The translations under genes were made by a program, and so were the position numbers. The notes below the pieces were generated by a model. That model was not told the DNA's origin. It ran no database searches and was given only the letters and a program-made list of their open reading frames with translations. From positions 3,782,001 through 3,846,000 of the forward strand of contig CM060731.1 in NCBI GenBank assembly GCA_030704615.1: a stretch of 64,000 nt of DNA, written 5' to 3'. The DNA comes from Takakia lepidozioides (Eukaryota > Plantae > Bryophyta). Numbering within the stretch: the first letter of the stretch is position 1; the number at the start of each line of letters is the position of its first letter. This document shows positions 26,570 through 39,739 of this stretch, one piece after another.

Positions 26570-28061
26570 TGGCCCCCTTCTGTGATTTCTCTATACTAGA
26601 AACTCATCAGTTTGTAAGCAGTATCTATCCACTGAGGATGGCCAGAGGTTGGAGCATAGGACAATAGTTGGATTGAGTATGTCATGGATTTAGGAAACAG
26701 TGATAGCTCTGAACACATGCTGCTATCTTGCTCAAAAAGCTGGTGATAGACACGCCCAAAGCTTCAATAAGCCAGTGAAACAAGGTGATCGTAGAAGCAG
26801 ATCTCGTAGAAGGTGAGAGGGGAACCTGTCACTTTGACGTGTAATGCTGCTCATTTTCGAACTTACAACTGAAACAGAGGAATGTTGAAGCTGATGACTG
26901 GTATCCATTGGCTGTGAAACTATGTTCTGGCTCACGGTTAGTCATTTGTGGTGAGTATTGGCTTATTGGCCTCATTGTCCGCAGATACCATTTCTCTTGC
27001 TTGCTGTTCTGCTAGAATTTCCATGATGAGCATCGAAGATGATAAGTGATTCAGTAAATTTGGCTAGAAAATAGTAAGTTGCTCTGGTCGAGCTTGTATC
27101 ACCAAACATAGCAACCTAGGATTTTGTGGAAAAGCTCTCACAGGAGATTGTCAATGAGCAAGATCCATTTTGGCACCCAAACATGGAGAAACTTTCCTTC
27201 AAAACAAAGACACCTGTAAATAAAAATTGACATAAAAGAGTCCTGAGGTGCAATCTGTCATTCTCACAGAACTCTATATGCAGTTGAGGTGACCAGTGAT
27301 ACAAAGAAGAAAACTGCCAGTTGCGATTCAATACTAGCTGTTGAGACTACAACCAATTGTAAGGCAGTTTCCCCAATCAAGTGTTATGAGGATACATTTT
27401 ATGTTCCAAAAGCCTACAAACCTCACTGCTGGACTCATCAGATGTCCATGTGCATGTTTTGAATGAGAACCCAGTAGAGTTACCCAAAATTTTGTTCAAA
27501 TTTGTCCATGATTACAGAACTGGGCCTCCACGTCTCACATTGAGACTGGGGGAGTAAGACTGGAAGAAATGCATTTGAGACCTCTCAGATCATGTGCAAG
27601 TATAAGGAATAATTGTCCACCTGTGGAAAGACACTTTACCAGTTCCTCTTGGCAAATCTTCAGGTCAAGCATTCCTCATGTTTTTGCAGATGCCCTCATT
27701 GGATACTTCTTTGTGCATACTTTGAAGCCCGGTAGCTTCAGAATCTTCATGCATAACAATCCTTGAACATCCTCACTGAAAAGATTTTCATTGCTGTTTG
27801 ATAATCATACTGGAATTATCATCATCACCCTGGGCTGCTAGAGCACAGACTGTTTGCGTTCCATTTCTCCTGAGGAATAGCGGTTGAGGATTTCTCTTGA
27901 CATCCAGCTGTGTCCCTTACCCTGTTCAATCAAATGCTCAAACTTCGTGTCCTGGGACTGTGATCAGATTATTGACTTTGTTCAGCTTCACTCTGTACTC
28001 TAATCACAATTTATGACCTTTCTGCCCTTACATTTGAAGCCCCATACTTTCTGACATGGAA

Positions 28062-30773
28062 TCACCAGTAATCGCCACAAGAACAAACCCCATCTTGGAA
28101 GTGGTGAAAGCGATTCCCATCCCGTACAACGACAGCTCGCCCAACAATCTTCGAGATAAACTTGGTGGCAATGTGGCAATCACCACACACGCGAAGGTTC
28201 TTCATGACACGGATAGGTGCGCCAGGAGGTGTGCAGATGAGCCCAAAAGCAATTGCAAGCTTCTCACTGTGGTGACAAAGAGAAAGTTCCTTTTGCTCCT
28301 CCTCCACATCATGCAATACGAATCGCGTGTCAGGCACATACCCAGCCTCCTTCATCCGCCCAGCTAATCTCTTCAGCTCAGCATGGATATCCTCTATATA
28401 CGGATGCAATTTGTCTTCTACAACGAATCTATGCACACGGTTGTTGATCTCAATGCAGCTTTGTCCTGGCTCCTTTCTGACACCTCTGTCTTCCATCAAT
28501 TTCCTAATATTTGCTTTATCATCCCACCTACCAGTTGCAGCATAGATGTTGGATAGCAGAACATAGGCTGCAGGGTGCTGGGGATCACTCTCAAGAAGGG
28601 CTTTTGCTGCACGTTCTGCTACTTCCACATCGCCATGAGTTCTGCAGGCACCAAGCAAGGCCCTCCACACACCATCATCTGGTTTGATTGGCATTGTGTT
28701 GATGAAGTCTACTGCCTCTTCTAATCTCCCGGCCCGGCCAAAAAGGTCCACCATGCAGCCACAATGCTCCACAGTAGGAATGAGGCCACAATCTTGAGCC
28801 ATTGAATCAAAATAATGAAGGCCTTCATACACTAGGCCAGCATGGCTACATGCAGAGAGAAGAGATATAAAGGTGACACCATCCGGCTTCAAGCCTTCCT
28901 GTTGCATTTGCCCAAACAGTCGGAGGACCTCCTCACCACCTCCATGCTGAGCATATGCTGTAATTAATGCACTCCACGACACCACATCTCGTGTAACCAT
29001 ATTATTGAAGACTTGATGAGCATCATTGACACTCCCACATTTGGCATACATATTAATGAGGCTGTTCTCCAAATTAACATATGACATAATTCCAGCTGTC
29101 ATGATGTCGTTGTGGACCTGTCTACCCTTTTCCAGGGTTCCTAGCCTGGCACAAGCATTAAGAATGCAAATAAATGTGACCTTGTCAGGTGTCACCCCTT
29201 CCTGTTGCATTTGCTCATAGATATTGAAAGCTTCCCACCCACACCCATGCCGAGAATATCCTGTGATCATTGCACTCCATGAGACCACATTTCTTTTTGC
29301 CATTTTGTTGAAGACTTCACAGGCATCCTTCATGCTCCCACATTTGGCATACATGTCAACAAGGGCAGTCTCCAGAATAATATCTGGTGCAATTTCGCTT
29401 TTGCTGATGTCGGCATGTACCTGCTTGCCATTTCCCAGGGCTCGTAAAGCTGTACACGCATTAAGAACACACGTGAACGTCACCCTGTCGGGCATCACCC
29501 CTTCCTGTCGCATTCGGTCATATACTTCAAAAGCCTCCTTACTGTATCCATGACGGACATATCCTGTGATCATTGCACTCCATGAGACCTTATTTCGTTT
29601 AGCCATACTGTCGAACACTTGACGTGCATCCTTCATGCTCCCGCACTTGGCATACATGTCAGCAAGGGCAGTTTCCAGGACAATTTCCCGCATAATTCCA
29701 GCTTTGATGATGTCAGCATGAACCTCTTTACCCATTTCCAAGGCTCCTAGCCTGGCACATGCATTGAGCATGCAAATGAAAGTCACCCTATTGGGTGTCA
29801 CCCCTTCCGTTTGCATTTTCTCATAGATCTTGAAAGCATCCCTAGCAGACCCATGTTTGGCATATCCAGCTATCATTATGTTCCATGTTAGCATATCTCG
29901 TTCAGGAATTTTGTCAAACACCTGGCGTGCATCAACCAGATTGCCACATTTAGCATACATGTTGACAAGGGTATTGAGTAGAAAGATATTGGGCTTGAAT
30001 CCATGATGGATAATGTGGGCATGCACCTGCTTTCCCTTCGCTACATCTCTGATGTTGATGCACTCCCGCAAGACACAGACGTAAGTATTGGCGTCTCCTT
30101 TAATACCTTTCAAAATGTGCAGCGCCTCCTTCAGTCTTCCTGCCTTACACAGTGACCTCACATCCTCACAAGTGCCACCAAGATTTCCTTTGAAACCCTC
30201 TCTTCGTCCTTCGAAAGATTTAGTGATGGTGTAGAATTTACCCCTGCTGCCAATCTGATGTCCAACAAGCACTGGAGACTGACTCAACCCTATCACCCTG
30301 CATGACCCACACCTCTCAATTAAAAACACCTTGAACTCGAAACTCCTATTGTAGGTGCCACATCTCCTAGATGTTCTCAAGTTTGAGTACAAAAAGGAGG
30401 ACTGTAATTGAGTCGGAGCATCATCACAACAATACCCGTTGCATCCTCTCCCTGAAGCTCCACAGGGTACATTGACATTAGAACCATCCCCAGATTGGGC
30501 TTGACCTTGCATCATAGCAGCTAGCTCTGCTTCCACCTCAGTGGGTTCACACCAATGCTCAGTCCAAAGGACCTCCTTTCTGTGCTTAAGTCTGTAATCT
30601 GATAATCTTCGACTTTTCTGTGAAAACCAAAGTGGATGGGCAGATAACTTCAACCAAAGCCTCATATAGACCAGGTTACAACCACAAAGCTTCAGGCATC
30701 TTTCAAATAGCATGGATTGACCTTGAGCGAGTAACTTTTGATGCTCTTTCACCTTGAAGAGCAAGATCATCAT
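28062..30773 (-). CDS. PLS-class pentatricopeptide repeat protein with E1-E2-DYW cytidine deaminase domain (organellar C-to-U RNA editing factor)
   Basis: Intronless 903-aa ORF with L-S-P triplets (...MYAKCG..DA..VF.., SW.AMI.GY..HG), P2-L2-S2 and E1/E2. The DYW domain has PG box PGQSCIE, HSEKLAIAFGLI, CGDCH and terminal CSCGDYW. The true start codon within the ~200-aa N-terminal extension is uncertain. Confidence 0.95.
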   Translation of the reverse strand: MMILLFKVKEHQKLLAQGQSMLFERCLKLCGCNLVYMRLWLKLSAHPLWFSQKSRRLSDYRLKHRKEVLWTEHWCEPTEVEAELAAMMQGQAQSGDGSNVNVPCGASGRGCNGYCCDDAPTQLQSSFLYSNLRTSRRCGTYNRSFEFKVFLIERCGSCRVIGLSQSPVLVGHQIGSRGKFYTITKSFEGRREGFKGNLGGTCEDVRSLCKAGRLKEALHILKGIKGDANTYVCVLRECINIRDVAKGKQVHAHIIHHGFKPNIFLLNTLVNMYAKCGNLVDARQVFDKIPERDMLTWNIMIAGYAKHGSARDAFKIYEKMQTEGVTPNRVTFICMLNACARLGALEMGKEVHADIIKAGIMREIVLETALADMYAKCGSMKDARQVFDSMAKRNKVSWSAMITGYVRHGYSKEAFEVYDRMRQEGVMPDRVTFTCVLNACTALRALGNGKQVHADISKSEIAPDIILETALVDMYAKCGSMKDACEVFNKMAKRNVVSWSAMITGYSRHGCGWEAFNIYEQMQQEGVTPDKVTFICILNACARLGTLEKGRQVHNDIMTAGIMSYVNLENSLINMYAKCGSVNDAHQVFNNMVTRDVVSWSALITAYAQHGGGEEVLRLFGQMQQEGLKPDGVTFISLLSACSHAGLVYEGLHYFDSMAQDCGLIPTVEHCGCMVDLFGRAGRLEEAVDFINTMPIKPDDGVWRALLGACRTHGDVEVAERAAKALLESDPQHPAAYVLLSNIYAATGRWDDKANIRKLMEDRGVRKEPGQSCIEINNRVHRFVVEDKLHPYIEDIHAELKRLAGRMKEAGYVPDTRFVLHDVEEEQKELSLCHHSEKLAIAFGLICTPPGAPIRVMKNLRVCGDCHIATKFISKIVGRAVVVRDGNRFHHFQDGVCSCGDYW

Positions 30774-33419
30774 TCAGCGAAGCTCCAAAATGAACAGGGA
30801 GCTTCAGTTACAAGCCAGGCTTTCCATGTGTTGAATGGTGATAGCCTCATCTTCTCAAACTCGTTGTCCCACCACTGTGAAGGATCTGAGATCAGTTCCT
30901 GCCCAAGCATTTTATGCTCATTTGTTGACTGGGTGCAGGAACTGCAAGAACATGAGAACTGGTTGCCTCACACTCTATAGAGGACTGCTATTGAAGAACA
31001 TTTCTACAATTTACTCTGGTCCCTTCCAAGACACAACTGCTACTGTAGTTTGGATTACATCTCTACAAGTCACTCGTCCCTTTCTGTGTCTCTTGGACAC
31101 AACAGAAATAGAACACATCTCCAGATTCTGTCCCTCGACCCAACTCTGCCATCCCACCAGTATTGGTCTTGCGACTTTCCAGAGCTCCATTGTCCACAAG
31201 AGAATTCGATCTATCCTCTAGTGTCAATCCACCATCATATTGTGCATGATCTTGAATCATAGACTCTGCTTTCACCCCAGAGGGTTCAACGAAATGTCAA
31301 TCCAAAGGACCTGTTTTGCACGCTTATGTCCGAAGTTTGGTCACCTTCGATAAAGTGAAAAAATGGCCACAGACCTTAAACAAACAAGATTCAATGACAT
31401 GGTACACTATCTGGTGACAAAGCCCACAAGTTGATTGACCCAACAATGACAACCATTATGGCGGTTGGGACAGGCAGCTGAACTGGTGTATCGAGGCAAC
31501 GGAAACCTGGTCCACTCCATGGAAATAATTATCATACCAGCTTAGCACAGAAAACATCTGTCCATCTCATCCTAACACCTAAAATTTGTGGGGCAAAATA
31601 GGAGTTGCCTCACCTGATCGCATCTGTGGTTCCCCCAATGAAGGATCTGACATGGACTCCCCCCAAAGCCGTTCTATGCTTTTTGCTTGGGCTGCAAACA
31701 AACACAGCCAAGTACTTCACCTGTGCCTAAATACCTCTCTTTGCTCAACACTCTCTCAAGCATAATATGATTAACAGTGCAATCACAGCTAGAGCAGTAG
31801 TACCCGAACTGACATTGTGTTCCCTAGCATGTAGTCTACACCACCGGCACACCCACACTTGTGAAAGGATTGTCCTTGGCTGGTGGCCAAAAACCTAAAT
31901 TGGCTCCGGTGAGGATAGACGACTACGCCTCTAGGGCATAACCGAGGTTCATAGAGATCTCAATGCTGCCGTTTCACTGTGCCATTTATCCCTCCCTCAG
32001 TATGACTGGCACTTGTAGCTCTGCACTGCTCCAGAGGGACACACACCAGAAATTTTGTGTCACAGGTGTCCCCTATACAAAGACCGGGTCATTGCACGTA
32101 TCGACTTGCAGCGGGATTCCTTGGGATATGATCGAAACTTTCACCCTGAGAAAGAACCTTGTGGACGCTTCCCGAAGAAAATAGGTTATCACCAGGAATA
32201 TGGCCTCAAGCAAGCCATGTTATATTCACCTCCTCTTTCTCGATGTCGATCGACAGGACGTGCCTGTATAGCCCTGGTAAAACCATGACGTGCAACACTT
32301 CGACAGAAATGGGTATGATTGCAGCTAGTATGGGTCGAGGACAACATGAGGCCTCTATAGTAAACAATTTACAGACCCAAGAATATGCGCGAAAGAAATT
32401 GTTATAGTTTATAGTTTATACCTTTCTTCGGTTTCTCTGGAGGCTGGGGAGGATTCACTTGCAAGGGTCTCGGGCCGGGCATTGTCCAGGTGGATGTGAA
32501 TTTCAGCTCCACTGACTTGCCAGTTAACCTGCGGCATGGTATTGGGCCTCTCGCTCGCTCTATGCAACCGCGCACAGACGAGCGGGGCAGCACGCTGGCA
32601 TCCCTGTGCCTGTGAGAGATGGAAAGAAAGATGGACCGAAGAAAGTCAGTAGTGCCCATCCATCTTGCTCCAACCACCAACACCTTCGTCACACACCCAC
32701 TTCATCACACTGTGACAGGGAAGTTCCCATTGTGCCTACCCAATAGTTCAGGCAGGACTGCATAGTTCAGCCTGTGGGGAAGTCTTTTTGGGTCTCTGCT
32801 ATTTTAATGAAGCTGCTCTGCTTGATATGGGCCCGGCCTTCCACAATTGAGGCCCCCTTCACTGGGATTGGGCATTGGCATTGCAATTTTTGTTCCCGAG
32901 CATTCATGAAAATTCTAGAGCTCACTATCAGCACACACTGATCACAGTGCGGAATTTAGGTGCGGAATTTAAGTGTCAATCCCTGGCAAATCCACAACTG
33001 TAAATGCCAACTCTAGGCCCAAACACTGATGCAAGCCTTTTGCAGTCCCCTTACAGCTTGCAACTTGCAACGTTGTTTGTTGAAACTGTCTGTGGTCTAC
33101 CTACTCAAATCCTTAGTGTTAACACCTTCATCTATTCAACCCAAATTCAGATTTCATAGTTTCATTAAGATAGGGGGGGGTTTTATATACCTTCTGAAGG
33201 CCCCCGGATTTCCGGCTACCATCCCCTATTTAATAGCTTTCCCCTTCCTGCCATCTTTTTTTGGACCCTTCCTTCCATTCCTTAATACACATGGCCTTAC
33301 TAGATTAGCCCCCCTTTTTAATTCCTGGACCACGCTAATTCCAGGACCACTCTAGAATAAACCTTTTCAGAAAATTCTAATAAAAGTACGAAAATAACGA
33401 GCGATGTAGGAGCTCCGTG

Positions 33420-36400
33420 GTTTGCAGTCAGAGAGAGCCCCCAACAGCCTCTTCGTCTCCCTCCTGGGCCTCTCCTTCGCATACATCGGCTACCTCCCTG
33501 TCGTTTGGGAAAAGTCTATTAGCATAACCCAAACCTCCGGAGCTTCAGCTACGTGGAATACTAACTTTCTTGATACCTTCTCAGTCCGGATCCGAGAAAT
33601 TCATCTTTCCCATTTTACAAGCCCACCATCATCACCTCTTCATCCTGGATCTCTCTCTTAACTCTCCCACAAGTAAGCGGCGCATTTCATCCGTATTGGG
33701 ATTCCAAAGCCCCTGCAGTCGCCGTCAACTTCATGACGCTTAACTTCGCCCCTGCCACCTGGTCGAGCCCCCCAGTGGCCAAAACCAGCTCCCCCAAAAC
33801 CCCTCCACACTCTCACTATCGTTTATCCACTCTCTAAGTCATTTCATTTCAGCTCATATCTCTCCAAACTCTATTCACTACTCCCACTGCTCACAGTCCT
33901 GTTTTCGTGTTTTCTTCTTAACTCTCCTTCCTAAGCTCTCTTCTCCCCAATATGGCTCCTTTCAATGCCTCGCAGTGCCGTCGCAACTCCAACTTCTGGA
34001 AACGCAACCATCCAGGCCCCTCCAGAACCCCGCTGATCACCCACCCCAGCCATCCTCAGGAACAGGATTCTTCCTGGCCCACCAGGCTCAGGCGATTCTT
34101 CCACATCAGCTCCAAGCCAGGAGGTCAGGCTCCCCCATGCACGCGGCACACCATCTCCAGACCAGGAGGTCGGGCTCCTCCATGCACAAGATACAACCCG
34201 CACGACAGCAAGTACAAGCTCGTCAGGTGGAAATTGCTCCAACCATGGACAATACACCCCTGGACGAACATGCTTTTTTGATGCAGGAAGATATGGAAGA
34301 GCAGGAAGCGATGGCATGCGAATGGGATCTTATTTCCATGAATGTACCTCAGATGCGTAAGAGAGTGGTATCTCTGGAAGAAAGAGGCATCCTGGCCCAC
34401 TTTCCAGGGAAAAAAGTTGGCCAATCATATGTTAGAGACTGGGCGACTCGCCACTTTGGGGGAGTAGGGGAGCTAAAGCAGCACTTTTGCCACTACAAGG
34501 GAAGGGGTTTTTTCTCAATTGCATTTGAAAACCAGGCAGCTGCAGCACAAGCCCTCAATTTTAATCCTCATCTATATGGGTTCAACGTCAATATCTTCCC
34601 TTGGTCATCCAACATGGGCAACCGGAATGGCAAATTGTGGGGACCAAGAATTGTATCAATCCCATTCATTCTAGATCAATATCTATCCAACCTCCCCGAT
34701 ATAGCCAACCACTTTGGGTTTTATCTGGGCTGCATCTCAGTATTCGACCCCTTCGTATGGACAATATCAGGAACGATCCGGCTTGGAGAGCCACCACCAT
34801 TGCCTCAAGAGTGAATGACTTTGTGCAAAATTTGTTTTAATGATGCCCAATGAGGCTGTCCTTCCGCCCTATGTCAGGTTACCCATTGATGAGGAAGGTA
34901 ACTACTTCACCATCAGGCTTATTGAGGATACATCATCGCAAGCATGCTTCAACTGTGGAAAGCTGGGCCATATCAAAGCACAATGCAAAGCACAGAAAAG
35001 AAGAAAATCCGGTGTCAAAAACCATTAGATAACCCCCCAATCGGCCAACAGGTATGATGCAAACACACCACCAAGACAGTATGCAAGCTTTGTAAGGAGG
35101 GAACAGCCAAAGGGCCTCTCCCCAACTGATCTGCTGCAGATGCATGGGCTTGCCGAGGAGGGAGCAACACAGCCCAAAAGCACCAGCCCCTTACTCAGAG
35201 TAAACAAAAAGCTAAGACAACATGATGATCCTATGCGAGCAAAAGCATCACCAAAAAAGGCTTCATGGAATTCCAAAGGGAAATGGATCCCAATGCAGAA
35301 TGCACTGCCTTCTCCAACTCCACCTCTGGCGGACACAGGTATCCTCCCCAACGTGCCTCCGCCAGAAACCACAATCCTCACTGGGATTGCCAGCCACTCG
35401 GCAATTGCCAAAAAATTTAGAGGTATCAAGTCCTTCCCACACCTCGCTCTCCATTGCTCCTCTGCAATCAACACCGATGACATCCCCAAGGCCTCATGCA
35501 TAACCCCGTTAGTGTTTAGGAAAGGACCCCCACAGTCCCTTCTTGTCACAAAATCAGCATGGGAGGAGTTTGCTTCCTTGTGGATTACAGTTCAGGACGT
35601 TCACAACTTCATTGCCAATTGTCCACCCAGCACCTGCCCAGAAAATATGCTCAGAAAGAAAATTCAGGACTTCTTGCTGGCTTTCCTACCGCACTATCAC
35701 CTGGCTGGAACCACAAAAGTATTCTGGGACTCTTTTCTGGAAAACTTCCCTGGGCTCAATTGCAATCCAGCAGTGCATATCCTCGCATTGTTAGAGGAAG
35801 CTGACATTTACCTCAACCCACCACCCACGGGGGCAATCTGGGTTAAGAAAAGCATCCTGGCAAAACCAAGATGGGCCACCAGACTCAAACCCAGATTCAG
35901 AGACACATTCGCAAATGCATTCTCCATTCTTGAGGCCATCATGGAATCGGAAATTGATGAAGAAAACCACAGAGGGGATCTACAGAGAAGAAGAGACCAC
36001 CTGTATGGTGCACAGGTGCAGTCTTCATCCTCCTCATTGAGTGTTTCGGCAAGTTTGGACAGCCCAAATGCGGCCGCGCAGGATCAGGAGCTATCTGCCA
36101 ACGCAATTCAGGGGCTCACTAGTCAGCCCCAGCTTTCTTCGGACACTCCTCCACAGGAAGGATCAACCCAGGGACAACACGCTCCACCATCTGACCCATC
36201 TTTGGAGGAGCCATGTAACACACTGGGCCAGGTTTTTCTTTCTCCTGCTCCTTGTTTCATTTTCTACCTAGACAGACTCAATTCCAGAAGATGTTGGTTG
36301 CTATGTTGCAAGGGTGATAAACCGGCTTGCAGGAAAATCCCGACAATTTCTTTGCCTGTCACGCTAGCTTTACCATACACACATGTCTCTAGACCTAATT

Positions 36401-38816
36401 ATCCTATACCACCACTTTAGCTACATCCACCCATTCCTTCAGACAGCAGCCCGTCTTATTTCTATCTCAGCTCTCCAGCCACACCAAGGCCAATTTACAG
36501 CCACAACCCTGCCAAACCATATTCACACTGTCATCATGATGATGATCAAGAAACAAATCCCCAAACCCTCATTGGTTTTCAATGGGTTAACACCCTGCTC
36601 CCCACAAACAAAAGGGTCAAATTCTATTTTGATCATCCTGGGCCATCAAATGTGAGCAACACTCTAGCCCTTGAAGTCCCCAATCATGTTAATTAACCTC
36701 TAGAGACTCTTGGAATATTCGTGGTCTGGGCCAGGGGCCAGACTCCCTTAAAAGAGTCAGGCTTCGATCTTGGCTCAGCCCTATGCTGCAACAAGACGCC
36801 ATAGTAGCTATTCAAGAACATAAACTAAACAACCCCAAAATCTTAGAACTCTCAGATCACTTGTGGCCCAAAACTCTATCTCTATGGAAACCCACGTCGG
36901 TAGGCTCTAGGGGAGGTACTGCCCTCCTCCTATCTCCCTCCATCCACGCTCTCATGGTCTCAGCAGATTTGTGGACCCAAGGAGAGCTCAATTTTGTGCT
37001 ATCAACCTCCCAAACAATGCAGGCTCCATAGGAATAGTCAACCTGATGTACGCCCCCAACTCAACTGTGGATAGGACTGAATTCTGGACAGCTATAGACA
37101 ATAAAATGAAAGACAAGCTTAACCTGGATAGCTGGATCTTGATGGGAGACTTCAATATGGTCGAAGCCCTTCAAGATCGCAGGGGACCTTCCTCATCGAA
37201 TCCATCCCAGGCAGAGAAAGACTAATGGAACTCCCTTCACCAACCTTACTGAAGCCATCACCTCCTCTCACCCCAACTCCAACCGCCCCGCATTTACCTG
37301 GTCAAACAACAGATTGCTCCCTCACTTACAAATGGCCAGACTAGATAGATTCTACACATCTCTAAATCTGGCTCAATGGATCTCCAGAAATCCTCAGGCT
37401 CCGATTCAACAAGGTTTTGACCATGCCCTAGTTTCAACATCCCTCAACATCTCTAACACTCAGGCTAGAGGGAGAGGCACATATAAACTGAACTCCTCCT
37501 TGATTAAACTCACCTCCTTCAAACAAGGCCTTATACAAGCATGGTCTCAAGTAGGCTTGCTAGCTAGAGACCTCGAAATTCGAAGCCAAGCTCAAAGCCA
37601 CCTGCAACGCTGCTCAAGCTATGAGCAAAGTACTAGCCCTGGCCCGCTCCCGGAAAATCAAAGCCTTGACAAAATGCCTTTCCGCTTGTCAAGCTAGAGT
37701 AGAATCCCCCAGATGTGATCTGCATACACACATGACCTATCTAGAAGCCAAACAAAACCTCGAAAACCTGCAATCAACTTCAGACCAAAAACTGAAACTT
37801 CAAGCAGGCATCAACTGGTCTACAAAGGGAGAGAAGATGACAAAATACAAAGCTTCGTAGATCCACCCAAAACATCACTGAACTAATCGACCAAACCTCG
37901 GGTGAGGTCGCCTCTGATCCCAAACAGCTAGCAAGACTGGCAGAAAGACACCTTCAGTCTCTTTTCTACAGCGGTTTTGAGGGAGACACGACTCTATCTC
38001 ATCATCAACTAGACTACTTGTTAAAAACCCCCACTATCCTCTCCAGTGACCTTGCAGCTACTCTGGAAGGTCCATTCACATAAAAAGAGTTAGAGGTAGC
38101 CCTCTCCATGATGCACAGTGGAAAATCGCCAAGGCTGGACGAACTCCCAGTGGAGTTCTACAAAAGCCTTTGGAAAGAAATTGCTAAAGACTTTCTCTCC
38201 ATGGCAAATCACATCTTTGAGGTGGGTCTGATGCCTGCTTCCATGTCCCAAGGGATGGTGACTCTTCTCTTCAAGAAAGGGGACCGTACCAACATAACTA
38301 ACTACCGCCCCATCACCCTTCTCAACGTGGCTTACAAGATCATAGCCAAAGCACTGGCGCTGCGTCTCCAACCACTGCTACCCAAACTAATTAGGCCAAA
38401 CCAAACTGGTTTCATTCATGGATAACCTCCTCCTGGCTCAAGAGGCGCCACACTTCGCTCAGAAAACAGACCAAACCATTGCTATATTGCTCCTAGATTT
38501 CGATAAAGCCTTTGATAGGGTGGAATGGTCGTACCTATTAGGGACCCTTACCAAGGTAGGCCTTCCAGACTCGTTCTGTCAGTGGGTCCGCATTCTGCTG
38601 GCAAACTCCTCCAGCAGGGTCATAGTCAACGGGCAGCTATCCAAACCATTTTCTCTTTACAGATCGGTCAGGCAAGGCTGCCCCCTTGCTCCTTTCATTT
38701 TCCAGCTATTTGTGGCAGACTCCCTAGGATATTTGTTAGAAAACAACCATGACATCCTGGGACTTCAGGTCTCTAACTATCATACACAACAGCCGGCACA
38801 AATCAAAGACTCCATA
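33420..38816 (+). mobile_element. L1-clade LINE, degenerate, 3'-truncated by the CACTA insertion
   Basis: ORF1 has an RRM/DUF4283-like segment (KGRGFFSIAFEN..ALNFNPHLYG..IFPWS) and the knuckle CFNCGKLGHIKAQC. ORF2 APE motifs are WNIRGLG, AIQEHK, YAPN, WILMGDFN, ARLDRFY and DHALV. RT motifs are KSPRLDELPVEFYK, NYRPITLLNVAYKIIAK, DFDKAFDRVEW and VRQGCPLAP. There are many stops and frameshifts, and the 5' boundary is approximate. Confidence 0.9.
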
Positions 38817-39739
38817 CACTACAGCAAATGGGGGGGGTTTGGGGGGGGGGGGGGGGTTGCGACGCCAGCCGCGCCCCCACGCCCCGCGCGGTGCCGAGCG
38901 TGCGACGCCAACCCCGCGGAGCGTGTTTGCGACGCCGGGCCGTCGCAGCCAAACCCCGCGGGTCGCCACCTGGCGCCGGGGCCAGGCGGCGACGACTGGC
39001 CGTCGCACGGGCGGATGAAGGGCAAAAGGCAGCCCTTCTGTGCGACGCCCAAGCGTCGCCCCCCAGCGAAGGGCAGAAGGCAGCCCTTTTTGGCCACGGC
39101 CGGTCGTCGCACGCCCAAAAAAACCCTTTCTTGCCCTTTCTTTCATCGCAGCCCTTTCTTGCAACGCCAGGCCGTCGCACGGTGGCATGAAGGGAAAAAG
39201 GCCCCTGCGACGGCCGGGCGTCGCAAACTGCCCGGCTGCCTATTCTTGCAAAACAAAAAAATAGGTCACAGTTTGCGACGGCTGGCCGTCGCCGTTTGCG
39301 ACCCCAGGCCTCATAAATCCATTAAAAAAAACAGGTCGCAATTGGCGACAGTTGGCCGTCGCCGTTTGCGACCCTGGCCTCATAAATCCTAAAAACCGCG
39401 TCGCAGGTGGCGACGCGTGGGGGTCGCAGGCAGTGACGGCAGGGCTTTCTAGGTTTAGGTTTAGGGCCTTTGGGGGTTCTTAGTTTTTTTTTTTTTTTTT
39501 TCATATGGTAATGGGGTAGGGTGTTTGTTTTTCTTTATGGTTTAGCTTGTTGTTGTGGACCTTCTTGTAGATTGTGACATTCATTTTGATAATTCTCTTG
39601 ATACCACATCTGTATGTGTTGCTCCAACATATTCGTTGCCTCTGCCTTCTTTCTTGAAAGACTACCAGCCACAGTCATATTTGATCAATCATAGAAATAA
39701 AGTACAATATGCATGTACATGTACAATCAATCGAAGGGA

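Noticed and set aside
38736-39392. Arg/Pro/Gly-rich ORFs on both strands
   Set aside because: They are artefacts of the GC-rich CACTA subterminal repeats. The 324-aa ORF is LINE RT reading through into the arm.
38857-39440. Palindromic repeats as a CRISPR-like array
   Set aside because: The spacing is irregular and the repeats are short. The context is a eukaryotic transposon and there are no cas genes.
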